Shown here: positions 18,400 through 28,466 of the stretch, in pieces
How the letters are laid out: each line of letters starts with the position of its first letter
Position numbering within the stretch: the stretch's first letter is position 1
Assembly (NCBI GenBank): GCA_937899865.1
Contig: CALBRH010000051.1
Location: 96,001-160,000 of the forward strand
Length of the DNA stretch: 64,000 nt
Direction of reading: 5' to 3'
Origin: an uncultured euryarchaeote
Lineage (GTDB): Archaea > Thermoplasmatota > Poseidoniia > Poseidoniales > Poseidoniaceae
Made by a program: the position numbers and the translations under genes
Notes under the pieces: generated by a model
What the model saw: the letters and a program-made list of their open reading frames with translations, nothing else
Databases searched by the model: none
Told to the model about the DNA's origin: nothing

Positions 18400-19334
18400 G
18401 TCGTATGGCTGCTACACGTGATGGCTATGGGCAAGCACTTTTGGACCTAGCAAGTAATGAAAAAGTAGTCGTCTTGGAAGCAGATTTAGGTAAGTCAACA
18501 AAATCTCTTCACTTTAGAAAGGAATATCCAGAACGAACTGTATCATGTGGAATTGGCGAACAAAACATGCTGTTGACTGCTGCAGGCTTAGCATCTTCTG
18601 GTTACATACCATTTGCCAGTACATTTGCGATATTTACTGAAAGGGCTTTCGAGCAAATGCGTAATGGTGTTGCAAGGCCAAACCTTGCTGTACATTTATG
18701 CGGAAGTCATGGTGGCACACACACTGGAACTGATGGTTCATCTGCACAATCAATTGAAGACTTAGCTATTTTTCGAACATTACCCAATGTCATTGTCCTA
18801 CACCCATGTGATGATGTAAGTACAAGAGTGTTGACTAACCAACTTGCTGAAATGAATCATCCATCATATACAAGAACTGCTAGAAATAAAACTCCAGTAT
18901 TGTATGACGGTCGAGAAGAGGAAGTAATAATTGGCAAGGGAATTACATTGAAAGAAGGAAATGATGTTGCTATAATTGCTTGTGGAGTAATGGTTTCTGA
19001 AGCAATGAAGGCTGCTGAAGCATTAGCTGAAAAGGGTGTTGCAGCAACGGTAGTTGACATGCATACAATCAAACCTCTAGATGTACAATTGGTCCATAAT
19101 TTAGCACAATCATGTGGCGCTATTGTTACTGCTGAAGACCATAGCATCATTGGTGGACTTGGTGGAGCCGTCTCAGAATATCTATCTTCCAATATTCCAA
19201 TTCCTTTGGAGAGAGTAGGAGTTCAGGATCGCTTTGGAGAATCTGGACAAGCTGATGAAATGTTAGAGTTGATGGAGATATCATCCCCATATATTGCAGA
19301 GGCTGCATTGAGAGCAATCAATCGCAAAAAATGA
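18396..19334 (+). CDS. Transketolase, C-terminal subunit
   Basis: ATRDGYG, ADLGKST, GIGEQNM, EQMRN, GTDGSSAQ, TIKPLD, EDHSIIGGLG, DRFGESG; ATGA overlap with the N-terminal subunit. Confidence 0.95.
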   Translation: MSRMAATRDGYGQALLDLASNEKVVVLEADLGKSTKSLHFRKEYPERTVSCGIGEQNMLLTAAGLASSGYIPFASTFAIFTERAFEQMRNGVARPNLAVHLCGSHGGTHTGTDGSSAQSIEDLAIFRTLPNVIVLHPCDDVSTRVLTNQLAEMNHPSYTRTARNKTPVLYDGREEEVIIGKGITLKEGNDVAIIACGVMVSEAMKAAEALAEKGVAATVVDMHTIKPLDVQLVHNLAQSCGAIVTAEDHSIIGGLGGAVSEYLSSNIPIPLERVGVQDRFGESGQADEMLELMEISSPYIAEAALRAINRKK

Positions 19335-19358
19335 ATAACAGTATTATGTCAGAGTTAT

Positions 19359-21452
19359 ATGAAGACTAAAGCGTTAACATTGGTCTTCATAATTTTTGTA
19401 TCGATTTTGCCTGTTGAATTTACAAGTCTTAGTGACTTAAAGGTATATGAGTCAACAAATTATGGCTGTAATGCTGATAGAAACGAAACTTGGACTGTCG
19501 GTTTAATCTACTGTACTGATGAAATGCAAGAAGGTTATACTTTATTTTCACCAATGGCATCCAATACCTCCTATCTAATTGATGAGTTTGGCAGAGAAGT
19601 ACATCATTGGATCTCACCAGGTGATCATCGACCTGGATTATCTGCTTATTTGCTTGATAATGGCTCCTTGCTTCGAACAGCAAACCTTGGTCCAAATCAA
19701 CCAGGTGAATTTACTGGAGGAGGTAGTGCAGGAAAAGTAGAGATGATTTCTTGGGATGGTGTTTTGGAATGGTCTTGGTCTTACTCTACTGAGATGTATC
19801 GCAGTCACCACGATATTGAACCACTGCCAAATGGCAATCTATTGATGATCGCTTGGGAATATAGAAGTGAAAGTGAAGCAGCAGAGGCAGGAAAATATCC
19901 TCAAGATGATTCTAGTAGAGCCGTGACTACTAGTTCTGTTTGGCCAGACAAAATTATCGAAGTAAAACCAATCGGCTTGGATGATGCAGAAATTGTTTGG
20001 GAGTGGACTTTTTGGGACCATATCATTCAAGATTATGATTCAAGTAAAGCTAATTTTGGCATAGTATCTGAACATCCAGAGTTATTGGATGTCAATTATA
20101 TCGATGCAGCAGGTAGTGCATCTGGCGGAAGAGATTGGTTGCATTGTAATGGGATAGATTACAACGAAAATCTTGACCAAATTGCGATTTCTTGTAAGAA
20201 TACTAATGAAATTTACATCATTGACCATAGCACAACTACTGAAGAGGCTGCTGGGCATTCTGGCGGTAATAGTGGAAAGGGTGGAGATATTCTTTATCGG
20301 TATGGCAATCCAGAAAGTTACCAAAGAGGCGGTCCTGAGGACCAAGTACTATTTGCTCAACATGATGTTCAATGGATTAAAGATGGCTATCCTGATGCTG
20401 GGAAATTAATGATTTTTAATAACGGTAAAGGCAGAGATATTCAATACTCTTCAGTTGATGTAATCGAAACTCCGATTGAAGGCTATAATTATTACATAGA
20501 TAAAGAAGAACCATTTGGTCCTGAAAATCTTTCTTGGAGTTGGGATGATGGAATAGAGATGTACTCTGCCGCTATATCTGGAAGTACAAGGTTGTCTAAC
20601 GGCAATACATTGATGACATTTGGTATACAAGGAACTTTAGTTGAAGTAGACTATACGGGAAAGATAGTTTGGAAATATATTAGTCCAGTTAATGATCTTG
20701 GAATAATGACTCAGGGCGATTCTATCTTTTCAAGTAATGGTAATAAAGTGTTCAAGGTATCAAGACATAGTCCTATGCACCCTGCTTTAATTAATCGAGA
20801 TTTATCTCCAAATGATTACATAGAGAATTGGCAAAATAATTGCCCTGATATCGAATCATTGCCATTTGACATAGACGGAGATGGTTGTATAGATGATTCA
20901 GATAATGATGGAATAGATGATTCAATTGACTTATGTTGGGGCTTTGATGACAATATAGATCAAGATAATGATGAGATACCTGATGGTTGCGATCTATTAA
21001 TCGATAGTGATAATGATAATATTGCGGACGAAGAAGACAAATGTCCAGGTCATAATGATAATATTGATCTAGATAATGATTCAATATCTGATGGATGTGA
21101 TGACATAATTGATTCAGATAAAGATGGAATTAGTGACCAGCAAGATGTTTGTCCAGATTATGATGATCTAATTGATAAAGACAATGATTCTATTCCTGAT
21201 GGTTGTGACAATATCATAGATTCTGATGAAGATGGAATAGGTGATGATGATGACTTATGCCCAGGATTTAATGACACTATTGATTACGATAATGACTCCA
21301 TTCCAGACAGTTGTGATGATATAGTAACTGATAACAATATTGATGATAGTTATGAAGATAGTAACAGTATTTTCACAACACAAAACATATCTATTGGGTT
21401 AATTTTTATTCTTTTAATAGCACTATTTTTTACTAGAAAATCAAGCGGATAA
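19359..21452 (+). CDS. Arylsulfotransferase (ASST)-like beta-propeller protein with TSP3-like Ca-binding repeats and C-terminal anchor
   Basis: Signal peptide; SHHDIEPLPNGN, DWLHCNGIDY, QHDV, RLSNGNTLMT; Asp/Cys repeats; terminal TM followed by RK. Confidence 0.75.
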   Translation: MKTKALTLVFIIFVSILPVEFTSLSDLKVYESTNYGCNADRNETWTVGLIYCTDEMQEGYTLFSPMASNTSYLIDEFGREVHHWISPGDHRPGLSAYLLDNGSLLRTANLGPNQPGEFTGGGSAGKVEMISWDGVLEWSWSYSTEMYRSHHDIEPLPNGNLLMIAWEYRSESEAAEAGKYPQDDSSRAVTTSSVWPDKIIEVKPIGLDDAEIVWEWTFWDHIIQDYDSSKANFGIVSEHPELLDVNYIDAAGSASGGRDWLHCNGIDYNENLDQIAISCKNTNEIYIIDHSTTTEEAAGHSGGNSGKGGDILYRYGNPESYQRGGPEDQVLFAQHDVQWIKDGYPDAGKLMIFNNGKGRDIQYSSVDVIETPIEGYNYYIDKEEPFGPENLSWSWDDGIEMYSAAISGSTRLSNGNTLMTFGIQGTLVEVDYTGKIVWKYISPVNDLGIMTQGDSIFSSNGNKVFKVSRHSPMHPALINRDLSPNDYIENWQNNCPDIESLPFDIDGDGCIDDSDNDGIDDSIDLCWGFDDNIDQDNDEIPDGCDLLIDSDNDNIADEEDKCPGHNDNIDLDNDSISDGCDDIIDSDKDGISDQQDVCPDYDDLIDKDNDSIPDGCDNIIDSDEDGIGDDDDLCPGFNDTIDYDNDSIPDSCDDIVTDNNIDDSYEDSNSIFTTQNISIGLIFILLIALFFTRKSSG
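20895..21326 (+). repeat. Four degenerate 108-nt (36-aa) Asp/Cys-rich repeats
   Basis: Units start with DSD at 20895, 21003, 21111 and 21219; consensus DSDxDGIxDxxDxCPGxxDxIDxDNDxIPDGCD. Confidence 0.85.
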
Positions 21453-21482
21453 TTCATGTGGTGTCTATGATTCCGTAATTTC

Positions 21483-22145
21483 ATGGAGTTCTTTTTAGAC
21501 ACTGCAGACGTCGACGAAATAAGAGAAATAGCATCATGGGGAATCCTTGATGGAGTAACTACTAATCCATCTTTAATCAAAAAGAGTGGACGTGATTTCA
21601 AACAAGTAGTTGCAGAAATCGCATCAATTTGTGATGGGCCTATTTCAGCTGAAGTAACAGCAATGGATACTGATGGAATGGTAAAGCAAGCTTTAGAATT
21701 GAAAGCAGAATTACCCGAAAATGTCATCATCAAGATACCTTGTGTACCAGAGGGTCTTGCAGCAACTAAAATTTTGACAGAAAAAGGAATTAAAACCAAT
21801 GTAACATTGATATTTTCTGCTGCACAAGCGCTTATGGCTGCAAAGGCAGGCGCGACCTATGTATCTCCATTTATTGGAAGAATCGATGACACAGGACATG
21901 ATGGTATGACTTTGATAGCCGAGATTATGGAAACATGGAACAATTATCCAGAAATTTCTACTAAAGTTCTAGCAGCATCCATTAGACATCCTACACATGT
22001 TCTACAATGTATTCAACTTGGAGCACATACTGCTACTATGCCAACAAAGATATTTAGACAACTAGTCAAACATCCACTTACCGATAAAGGAATTGATGGT
22101 TTTATGAAAGATTGGGCAGAAGTTGAGGCTGCTGGAAAAGCATAA
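21483..22145 (+). CDS. tal: Transaldolase (short Fsa/TalC type)
   Basis: [24 protein letters not shown] (Schiff-base Lys), [34 protein letters not shown]. Confidence 0.9.
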   Translation: MEFFLDTADVDEIREIASWGILDGVTTNPSLIKKSGRDFKQVVAEIASICDGPISAEVTAMDTDGMVKQALELKAELPENVIIKIPCVPEGLAATKILTEKGIKTNVTLIFSAAQALMAAKAGATYVSPFIGRIDDTGHDGMTLIAEIMETWNNYPEISTKVLAASIRHPTHVLQCIQLGAHTATMPTKIFRQLVKHPLTDKGIDGFMKDWAEVEAAGKA

Positions 22146-22207
22146 TTTCACAATAAGAGGATTATTCAATAAGAAGATTCCACCCCCATTCAAGGGGAGG
22201 GCATATC

Positions 22208-22804
22208 TTGAGCAGTGCTAGAGAACGCTTGAAAAAATTACTTGATGGTGATTTGGAAGCGTCAGATATCGCTGAGGATGCTTCACTAGTTAGTCTCGCA
22301 GACCGATTATATGGAATAAAAATCGCTAATGTTAAGCCGGTTAAAGCAAGAGATATGGATGGACAAGGTTCTGATTTGCCACAACCCGGTGAGCAACAAT
22401 TTGGTCAAACTTCGAGTTTAATGGTTGAAGTAATTGAACCTGCATCGATGCCATTACCTAATTTAGCACATTTAGAGATGCCAGATTTGCCAAATAATAA
22501 GAAGAATTCTTCATTATTTTCATTGTTGTCGTTAGGCGGTTTGATAATTGTCATACTCAATTTATTTGGATTGTTTTCATCAATATTTGAAGGATCATGT
22601 AAGATTGGTGAATGCCGTTCAGAAGGCCAAACTAGAATCAATCTAATGGACTTCTACAAATTTGGAGAATCGGATGGTTGGTCTTATTCTTTACTAACTG
22701 ATAGTATGAGTGGAGTTGGGGGTACAACTGGAGGGATTGGCATTCCAGACATAGTAGCCTTAATTTCTCTGTCTTTAGTTTTCCTTTTCCTAAGAAAGAA
22801 GTGA
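22208..22804 (+). CDS. Hypothetical membrane protein
   Basis: 198-aa ORF (TTG start), internal TM, C-terminal TM followed by RKK. Confidence 0.7.
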   Translation: MSSARERLKKLLDGDLEASDIAEDASLVSLADRLYGIKIANVKPVKARDMDGQGSDLPQPGEQQFGQTSSLMVEVIEPASMPLPNLAHLEMPDLPNNKKNSSLFSLLSLGGLIIVILNLFGLFSSIFEGSCKIGECRSEGQTRINLMDFYKFGESDGWSYSLLTDSMSGVGGTTGGIGIPDIVALISLSLVFLFLRKK

Positions 22805-22808
22805 TTAT

Positions 22809-23084
22809 ATGTCACCGGATGGATTTGTGTCCGAGGCTATTGCATATTCAGGAATGTTATTGATTCTTGGAGCTTTTTTATTGGAAACTAGAAATATCCT
22901 AGATAGTAAGAATTGGATATATCTAACAATGATGGCTTTAGGTTCTGGATTACTTGCGATTAGAGCTTTGTTGATAGAAGAGTGGGCTTTCCTAATTTTA
23001 GAAGTAGTTTGGTGTCTTGCTGCGGTAATTGCATTAGTTGGTTTATCAACTATATCTAACAAGAATGAATCAACATCTTCATGA
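22809..23084 (+). CDS. Small membrane protein, CBU_0592-like
   Basis: Three TM segments; GMLLILGAFLL...IYL...GSGLL...AFLILEVVW pattern. Confidence 0.55.
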   Translation: MSPDGFVSEAIAYSGMLLILGAFLLETRNILDSKNWIYLTMMALGSGLLAIRALLIEEWAFLILEVVWCLAAVIALVGLSTISNKNESTSS

Positions 23085-23108
23085 GTGATAATCTCCTGAG
23101 TCAACAAT

Positions 23109-24638
23109 ATGAGCAAAGGCCCTGCCAAGGCAAAACGCGGAATACCTTCTAAAGTTGAAAACTTCAATGAATGGTATCCGTTTATTGTTGAAGCATCTGA
23201 CTTGGTTGACAAGCGTTATCCAATCAAAGGTATGGATGTATGGAGGCCATATGGCTGGAAGACAATGAGACTTATTGATTCTTTAACTCATAGTGAGATG
23301 GATAGAACTGATCATGAAGAAGTAAACTTTCCATTACTAATTCCTGAAAATTTATTGGAAAAAGAAAATGCTCTGGTTGCTAGGCTTAAACGCGCAAGAG
23401 AAGAAGGCGTAGACCCCGATGAACTTAGAGATGAAGAAGAAGATGGTGGCTTCAAAAAAGAAGTGTATTGGGTAAAACATGCTGGAGAAAACGACCTTGA
23501 TATCCCTATGTTCCTAAGGCCGACTTCAGAAACTGCAATGTATACAATGTTCCCATTATGGATTAGATCACACAAGGATTTACCATTGAAAATTTATCAA
23601 ATGGTTAATACATTTAGATATGAAACTAAGCAAACAAGGTCATTTATCAGAGTTAGAGAAATCCACTTCTTTGAAGCACATACTGCACATGCTGACGAGG
23701 AATGTGCTACGCGTCAAATAGCACAGGATTTGGAGATTGTTGACAATTTAATGGAACAATTATGTCTACCTATTATCAAGGCTAAACGACCTGTTTGGGA
23801 TACATTCCCTGGTGCGTGGTATACTATCGGAATAGATGCTGTAATGCCAAACGGAAGAACTTTGCAAGTCGCATCATGTCATCATTATCGTGACCAATGG
23901 GCTAAGGCTTTTGATATAACTTACGAGAATCTTGATGCCAAGCAGCAACATGTTCATCAAACAACTTATGGCATGTCAGAAAGACTTCTAGGTGCAGTAG
24001 TAGGCATGCATGGAGATGATAACGGATTGATTATGCCACCAGCAATTGCACCATTCCAGATTGTTATATGTCCAATGATAAGAAAAAATTCTGAAGTTGA
24101 TACTGTGGCAGAATCTAATCGTATTGCTGGGTTATTGCAGAATGCTGGATTTAGAGTTAAAGTTGACTCAAGAGACATACATGCTGGTCAGAAATATTAT
24201 GATTGGGAAATTAAAGGTGTACCTCTTAGATTAGATATTGGCCCAAGAGATATGGCACAGGGGACTGCCTATGCGGCATTGAGAACTGGTGGAAAAGAGC
24301 CTTTAGCAATTGAAAATATTGTTGAACTTTGTCGAGAAAAATTAGAACAAATTGCTGATGAACTAAGAAGACGTTCATCTGCACATATGACAGATGTCAT
24401 GGTAAGATTACCTAAGTTTACCAATGAAGATGGCAGTTGGAAGATGACCGGTGAAATTGTGGATGGCAAAATCTACGAAATGCCATTTGATGGAACAGAT
24501 GCTCATGCTGAAATCATAGAAAAGCAAACCGGTTTAACCTTTTTAGGCGACTCTACTAATGAATATGATGATGAAATACCATGTCATATGAGCGGCAAAA
24601 TGACTAAGCGGAGAGTAATATTGGCCAAAACATACTGA
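23109..24638 (+). CDS. proS: Prolyl-tRNA synthetase (archaeal/eukaryotic type)
   Basis: FNEWY, YPIKGM, LRPTSET, FRYETKQTRSFIRVREIHFFEAH, TTYGMSERLLG, WEIKGVPLRLDIGPRD. Confidence 0.97.
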   Translation: MSKGPAKAKRGIPSKVENFNEWYPFIVEASDLVDKRYPIKGMDVWRPYGWKTMRLIDSLTHSEMDRTDHEEVNFPLLIPENLLEKENALVARLKRAREEGVDPDELRDEEEDGGFKKEVYWVKHAGENDLDIPMFLRPTSETAMYTMFPLWIRSHKDLPLKIYQMVNTFRYETKQTRSFIRVREIHFFEAHTAHADEECATRQIAQDLEIVDNLMEQLCLPIIKAKRPVWDTFPGAWYTIGIDAVMPNGRTLQVASCHHYRDQWAKAFDITYENLDAKQQHVHQTTYGMSERLLGAVVGMHGDDNGLIMPPAIAPFQIVICPMIRKNSEVDTVAESNRIAGLLQNAGFRVKVDSRDIHAGQKYYDWEIKGVPLRLDIGPRDMAQGTAYAALRTGGKEPLAIENIVELCREKLEQIADELRRRSSAHMTDVMVRLPKFTNEDGSWKMTGEIVDGKIYEMPFDGTDAHAEIIEKQTGLTFLGDSTNEYDDEIPCHMSGKMTKRRVILAKTY

Positions 24639-24656
24639 GCAACCTTGGTGAGTTAA

Positions 24657-25712
24657 ATGACTGAACAACTAAATCTTACTGATGTAATGACTGAGGTTCA
24701 AAATTTTATTACATCTGACGGACAAATTATTCCTGCACAACGTGATTTCTACAGAGTTCTAAGAGAAAAAATGACCAATCATACTGGATTATTTACTGAA
24801 TCAGAAGTAGAATTGATTCTTGTTGATTCACGCTCTGAAGTATTGGAGTTATCTGATGAAGATTATACAGCAATATTTGATCTAATTATGGATAGATTTG
24901 GATTAAGTAAAAGATTAGAAGAGGAAGCTCGCCTTAGAGAAGAATTAGTCATGAAAGAAAGACTAAGAAAAGAAGCAGAACTGAAAGCAAGAGCTGAAGC
25001 AATTGCTAAAGAAAAGGCTGAAGCAGAGGCCAGGGCTAAGGCTGAAGCAGAACTGAGAGCACAAATTGAAGAGCAAGAAAGATTGGTAGAAGAGGCTAGA
25101 AAAAGGGCAGAGGAAGAGGAACAAGCCCGAAGACAAGCCGAAGAAGACGCTAGAATTGCTGAAGAAGAAAGATTGAGAGCCGAAGAAATCGCTAAGATAG
25201 AGGAAGAGGCAAGACTGAAAGCAGAAGAAAATGCTAGAATTAAAGCTGAAGAGGAAGCAAGACTGAAAGCAGAAGAAGTGGCTAGAATTAAGGCTGAAGA
25301 AGAGAGAATTCGGTTAGAGGAAGAGGCTAGGATTAAGGCTGAGGCAGAGGAGATTCGACTAAAGGAAGAGGCTGAATTAAAGAGTATTAATGAAGCTCAC
25401 CAAAAAATGGTAGAAGATGCAATTAGAATTTCTGAAGAAGAACGCTTAAAGGAAGAATCAAGGATTAATGCTGAAATTGAAGCGGCAAAGAGATTTGCTG
25501 AAATTGAAAAGGCTGCAAAAGAGAAAGAGGCTGAGAGATTGGCAGCTGAAGAGGCTAGAATTGCTGCAGAAGAAGCAGCGAAAAAATTGGCAGAAGAAAA
25601 TGCCAAATTAGCAGAAGAAGCTAGAATAGCCGAAGAAGAAGCAGCGAAAAAACTAGCAGAAGAAGCGGAAAATACCAAGATTATTCCAGATTTACCACCT
25701 GATAACAACTGA
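24657..25712 (+). CDS. Hypothetical protein with long E/A/K/R-rich helical repeat region
   Basis: About 80-aa N-terminal domain followed by about 250 aa of EEEARLKAE-type repeats. Confidence 0.75.
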   Translation: MTEQLNLTDVMTEVQNFITSDGQIIPAQRDFYRVLREKMTNHTGLFTESEVELILVDSRSEVLELSDEDYTAIFDLIMDRFGLSKRLEEEARLREELVMKERLRKEAELKARAEAIAKEKAEAEARAKAEAELRAQIEEQERLVEEARKRAEEEEQARRQAEEDARIAEEERLRAEEIAKIEEEARLKAEENARIKAEEEARLKAEEVARIKAEEERIRLEEEARIKAEAEEIRLKEEAELKSINEAHQKMVEDAIRISEEERLKEESRINAEIEAAKRFAEIEKAAKEKEAERLAAEEARIAAEEAAKKLAEENAKLAEEARIAEEEAAKKLAEEAENTKIIPDLPPDNN

Positions 25713-25713
25713 T

Positions 25714-27084
25714 TTACATTCCAAATGAAGAAGGGTCAATATCCATTTCTCCTTCCTTCATCATTTTACGCATTTGCTTGTTTAACTTCCTATTTCCACC
25801 CATTCCCTTCATCATTTTACGTGAGCGGTTCCATTGACCAATTAGTTCTCTAACATCTTTTTCTCTAACTCCAGAACCTCTGGCAATTCGTTTTATCCTG
25901 TCAGCCTTAATTTTAGCAGGCTCATTTTTTTCCCATGCAGTCATACTATCCATTATAGTTCGATAACGATCTAAATTAGACTGCATATCCTGCTTTTGAG
26001 ATTTTGACATACCCCCCAATCCACCAAGCATATTTCCAGGTAAGAAAGACATTAATTTATCAATAGTACCAACTTTTGACATCATTTCCATCTGCTTATA
26101 CATGTCGTTTAGCGTGAATCTACCACTCATCATTCGTTGGGTAAGGCGCATTGCTTCTTCTTCATCAAGATCTTCTGGAGCAAGATCGATTAATCCTTGA
26201 ATATCACCCATTCCAAGAAGTCGAGAAATGAATCTATCCGATTCAAACTTTTCCAAATCTGATACTTTCTCACCCACACCAATGTGTACAATTGGAGCAC
26301 CTGTTGCTGCCACTGCAGACAATGCACCACCACCTCTTGCCGTACCGTCTAATTTAGTTACAACAATTCCTGTAACTCCTGCCAGTTGGTGGAATGATGC
26401 TGCAACCGGACCCGCTGCTTGGCCGACTTGAGCATCAATTACGAGCCAACGTTCTGTTGCTCTGGTTAGAGATGCGATATTTTCCAACTCTTCAACCAAT
26501 TCCTCATCTAGTTGATGACGACCTGCAGTATCTACAATGACTAAGTCTGCAGCAGAACATTCTGCAAGACCATTTCTTACGATTTGGGTTGCATCCTTGT
26601 TATCAGGTTCACCATAAACTTGTACTGATGTATCTTCCAATAATTGTGATAGTTGTGCATATGCGCCAGGACGATGCACGTCAGCTTCAATTACTGCAAC
26701 TCTCAAACCATGCTTTTTACGATACCATTCAGCAAGTTTTGCTGTAGTTGTTGTTTTTCCTTGACCGTATAGACCAACCAAAAGAAGTGTTGCACCTCTT
26801 GGTTGAAATTGATGAGCTGGTCCGAGAATTCTAACAAGTTCAGTATAAAGAATATTCATAGCATGGGTTTGAAGAGTTAGGCCAGGTCTCAATTCTTCTT
26901 CACGCAATCGTGTTTCCATTCTTTCAACGATTTCTTTAGTCTGTCTTACATTGAAATCAGCTTCTTGTAAAGCACGACGTAAACTTCTTGTCATATCTCG
27001 TAACTCTTCCTCATCGAGTTTACGACGATTCTTAAGAAAGCCGAGGGAACGAAAGATTCCGCGTGACAGACCTTCCAGTGCCAT
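25714..27084 (-). CDS. ffh: Signal recognition particle protein SRP54
   Basis: ALQEADFN, VGLYGQGKTTT, DVHRPGA, DTAGRH, TKLDGTARGGG, FISRLLGMGD, Met-rich M domain with RIARGSG. Confidence 0.97.
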   Translation of the reverse strand: MALEGLSRGIFRSLGFLKNRRKLDEEELRDMTRSLRRALQEADFNVRQTKEIVERMETRLREEELRPGLTLQTHAMNILYTELVRILGPAHQFQPRGATLLLVGLYGQGKTTTTAKLAEWYRKKHGLRVAVIEADVHRPGAYAQLSQLLEDTSVQVYGEPDNKDATQIVRNGLAECSAADLVIVDTAGRHQLDEELVEELENIASLTRATERWLVIDAQVGQAAGPVAASFHQLAGVTGIVVTKLDGTARGGGALSAVAATGAPIVHIGVGEKVSDLEKFESDRFISRLLGMGDIQGLIDLAPEDLDEEEAMRLTQRMMSGRFTLNDMYKQMEMMSKVGTIDKLMSFLPGNMLGGLGGMSKSQKQDMQSNLDRYRTIMDSMTAWEKNEPAKIKADRIKRIARGSGVREKDVRELIGQWNRSRKMMKGMGGNRKLNKQMRKMMKEGEMDIDPSSFGM

Positions 27085-27114
27085 AACATCCCGTCACTGT
27101 TTCCCTCTTTGAAT

Positions 27115-28374
27115 TCATCCCTTAGTGAGTGGTATATTCAATCTTAAAACATCGCCCTCTAATTTGGCATCTACTTGGCTGGCTTTAACAGGAATACTGG
27201 TTTCAATCTCCCTTTCACGTCCGTTAAGTCCAACATATAGAATTCCTTCATCGCTCCTAAGAGATAACTCATCACGTTTTATTCCGGGAAAATGTAGGTA
27301 AATTGATTCAAACTTATCAGTAAATTCACGGTACAAACCACGGTGTATACTATGTTTAACCAAAGTTCCAATTTCATGTGGGCCAAGAGTTTCATCGACT
27401 TCTTTGACTTCACCATACAAATTTTTGGCAACCAATCTTAAATTATCGATGCCGACCACTTCATGCTCCAATAATTCCATCGAACAAACTTCAACTTGGG
27501 TCAGTAGTTCTTTTAATTCTGTGATACGATTTAATTCGGCATTTCGACGTTTCTTAAGAAATGGATGATCAAATTCAGGTGTGACACGATTTACTATACA
27601 TGAAGATATAGGAAGTTTATATTCAATCAATGAATCATAGGCTCTAATGGTTTCATTAACACCCATTTTTTCAGGGATGGTCACTAATGTAAATGATGTC
27701 AATTCAGGGTCACTAAGAACTCTTCTTACATGAAGAACACGATTTCGAAAACGTTCTAATTCCTGCTTCATTTCTTCACTTTCTTTACGACCAAATAGCA
27801 TTGACCTTATGCCTCCAGAAACTCTCATCAAACGTATTAATCGACCTGACCATGCTTCTATTATCTCAGGTAATGATAGAAATCTAAGCGTATGTCCTGT
27901 AGGTGCTGTATCAAAGACAATTACATCCCAATTTGGATCTTCAACATGCTTTAGAAGTTCATCAAATGCTAATGCTTCATCAAGGCCTGGAAAAATCATT
28001 TCAGAAGTTTTGACATCTGATTTTATGTCATCTAATTCTTGCTTAGCTGAAGGATCAAGCATCATTCCAAGACCGCCAATACCTCCAAGCCCACTTCCTG
28101 AATTCATACCATCTACCATATTTCCCAATTTTGGCAATAAATTAGACAATTTTGATTCAGGGTCCATTTCAAGTCCATATAATCCATCGACGCCTGGAAT
28201 TGGTGTGGGCTCAACACCAATATCTACTCCCAATGAATCAGAAGTAGAATGAGCAGGGTCGCTTGATACGAGTAAGACCTTCAATCCGCAATCTGCTAAA
28301 TGAATTGCTGTTGCAGCAGAAGTAGTGGTTTTGCCAACACCACCTTTGCCACCGAACAAAAGTAGTCTTGCCAT
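27115..28374 (-). CDS. ArsA/Get3-family ATPase with C-terminal HSP20-like domain
   Basis: GKGGVGKTT, SSDPAHS, FPGLDE, DTAPTGHTLRFL, VNR; C-terminal ~80 aa fits alpha-crystallin pattern (FPGIKRDEL...AKLEGDVLRLNIP). Confidence 0.88.
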   Translation of the reverse strand: MARLLLFGGKGGVGKTTTSAATAIHLADCGLKVLLVSSDPAHSTSDSLGVDIGVEPTPIPGVDGLYGLEMDPESKLSNLLPKLGNMVDGMNSGSGLGGIGGLGMMLDPSAKQELDDIKSDVKTSEMIFPGLDEALAFDELLKHVEDPNWDVIVFDTAPTGHTLRFLSLPEIIEAWSGRLIRLMRVSGGIRSMLFGRKESEEMKQELERFRNRVLHVRRVLSDPELTSFTLVTIPEKMGVNETIRAYDSLIEYKLPISSCIVNRVTPEFDHPFLKKRRNAELNRITELKELLTQVEVCSMELLEHEVVGIDNLRLVAKNLYGEVKEVDETLGPHEIGTLVKHSIHRGLYREFTDKFESIYLHFPGIKRDELSLRSDEGILYVGLNGREREIETSIPVKASQVDAKLEGDVLRLNIPLTKG

Positions 28375-28466
28375 ATTATCGGCTCATAGTTCAAAGTCTT
28401 TGAATTCAACGGATTTAGGATAAATCTTACATCGGTTTGATGAACTAATACATTTGCGCAGGTATA

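Noticed and set aside
20895-21326. Regularly spaced repeats as a possible CRISPR array
   Set aside because: In-frame 108-nt degenerate coding repeats; no identical direct repeats with unique spacers and no cas genes.
23370-23460. Acidic insertion in ProRS (REEGVDPDELRDEEEDGG) as a possible intein or editing domain
   Set aside because: Too short, and lacks intein splice residues or INS-domain features; probably a surface loop.
24657-25712. TolA, IF-2 or SMC assignment
   Set aside because: Similarity is only low-complexity composition; no TM anchor, GTPase or ATPase motifs.
27115-28374. Arsenic resistance pump ArsA
   Set aside because: Single ATPase domain, no evident metalloid-binding Cys cluster, no arsB/arsC/arsD/arsR nearby, and an HSP20-like tail.
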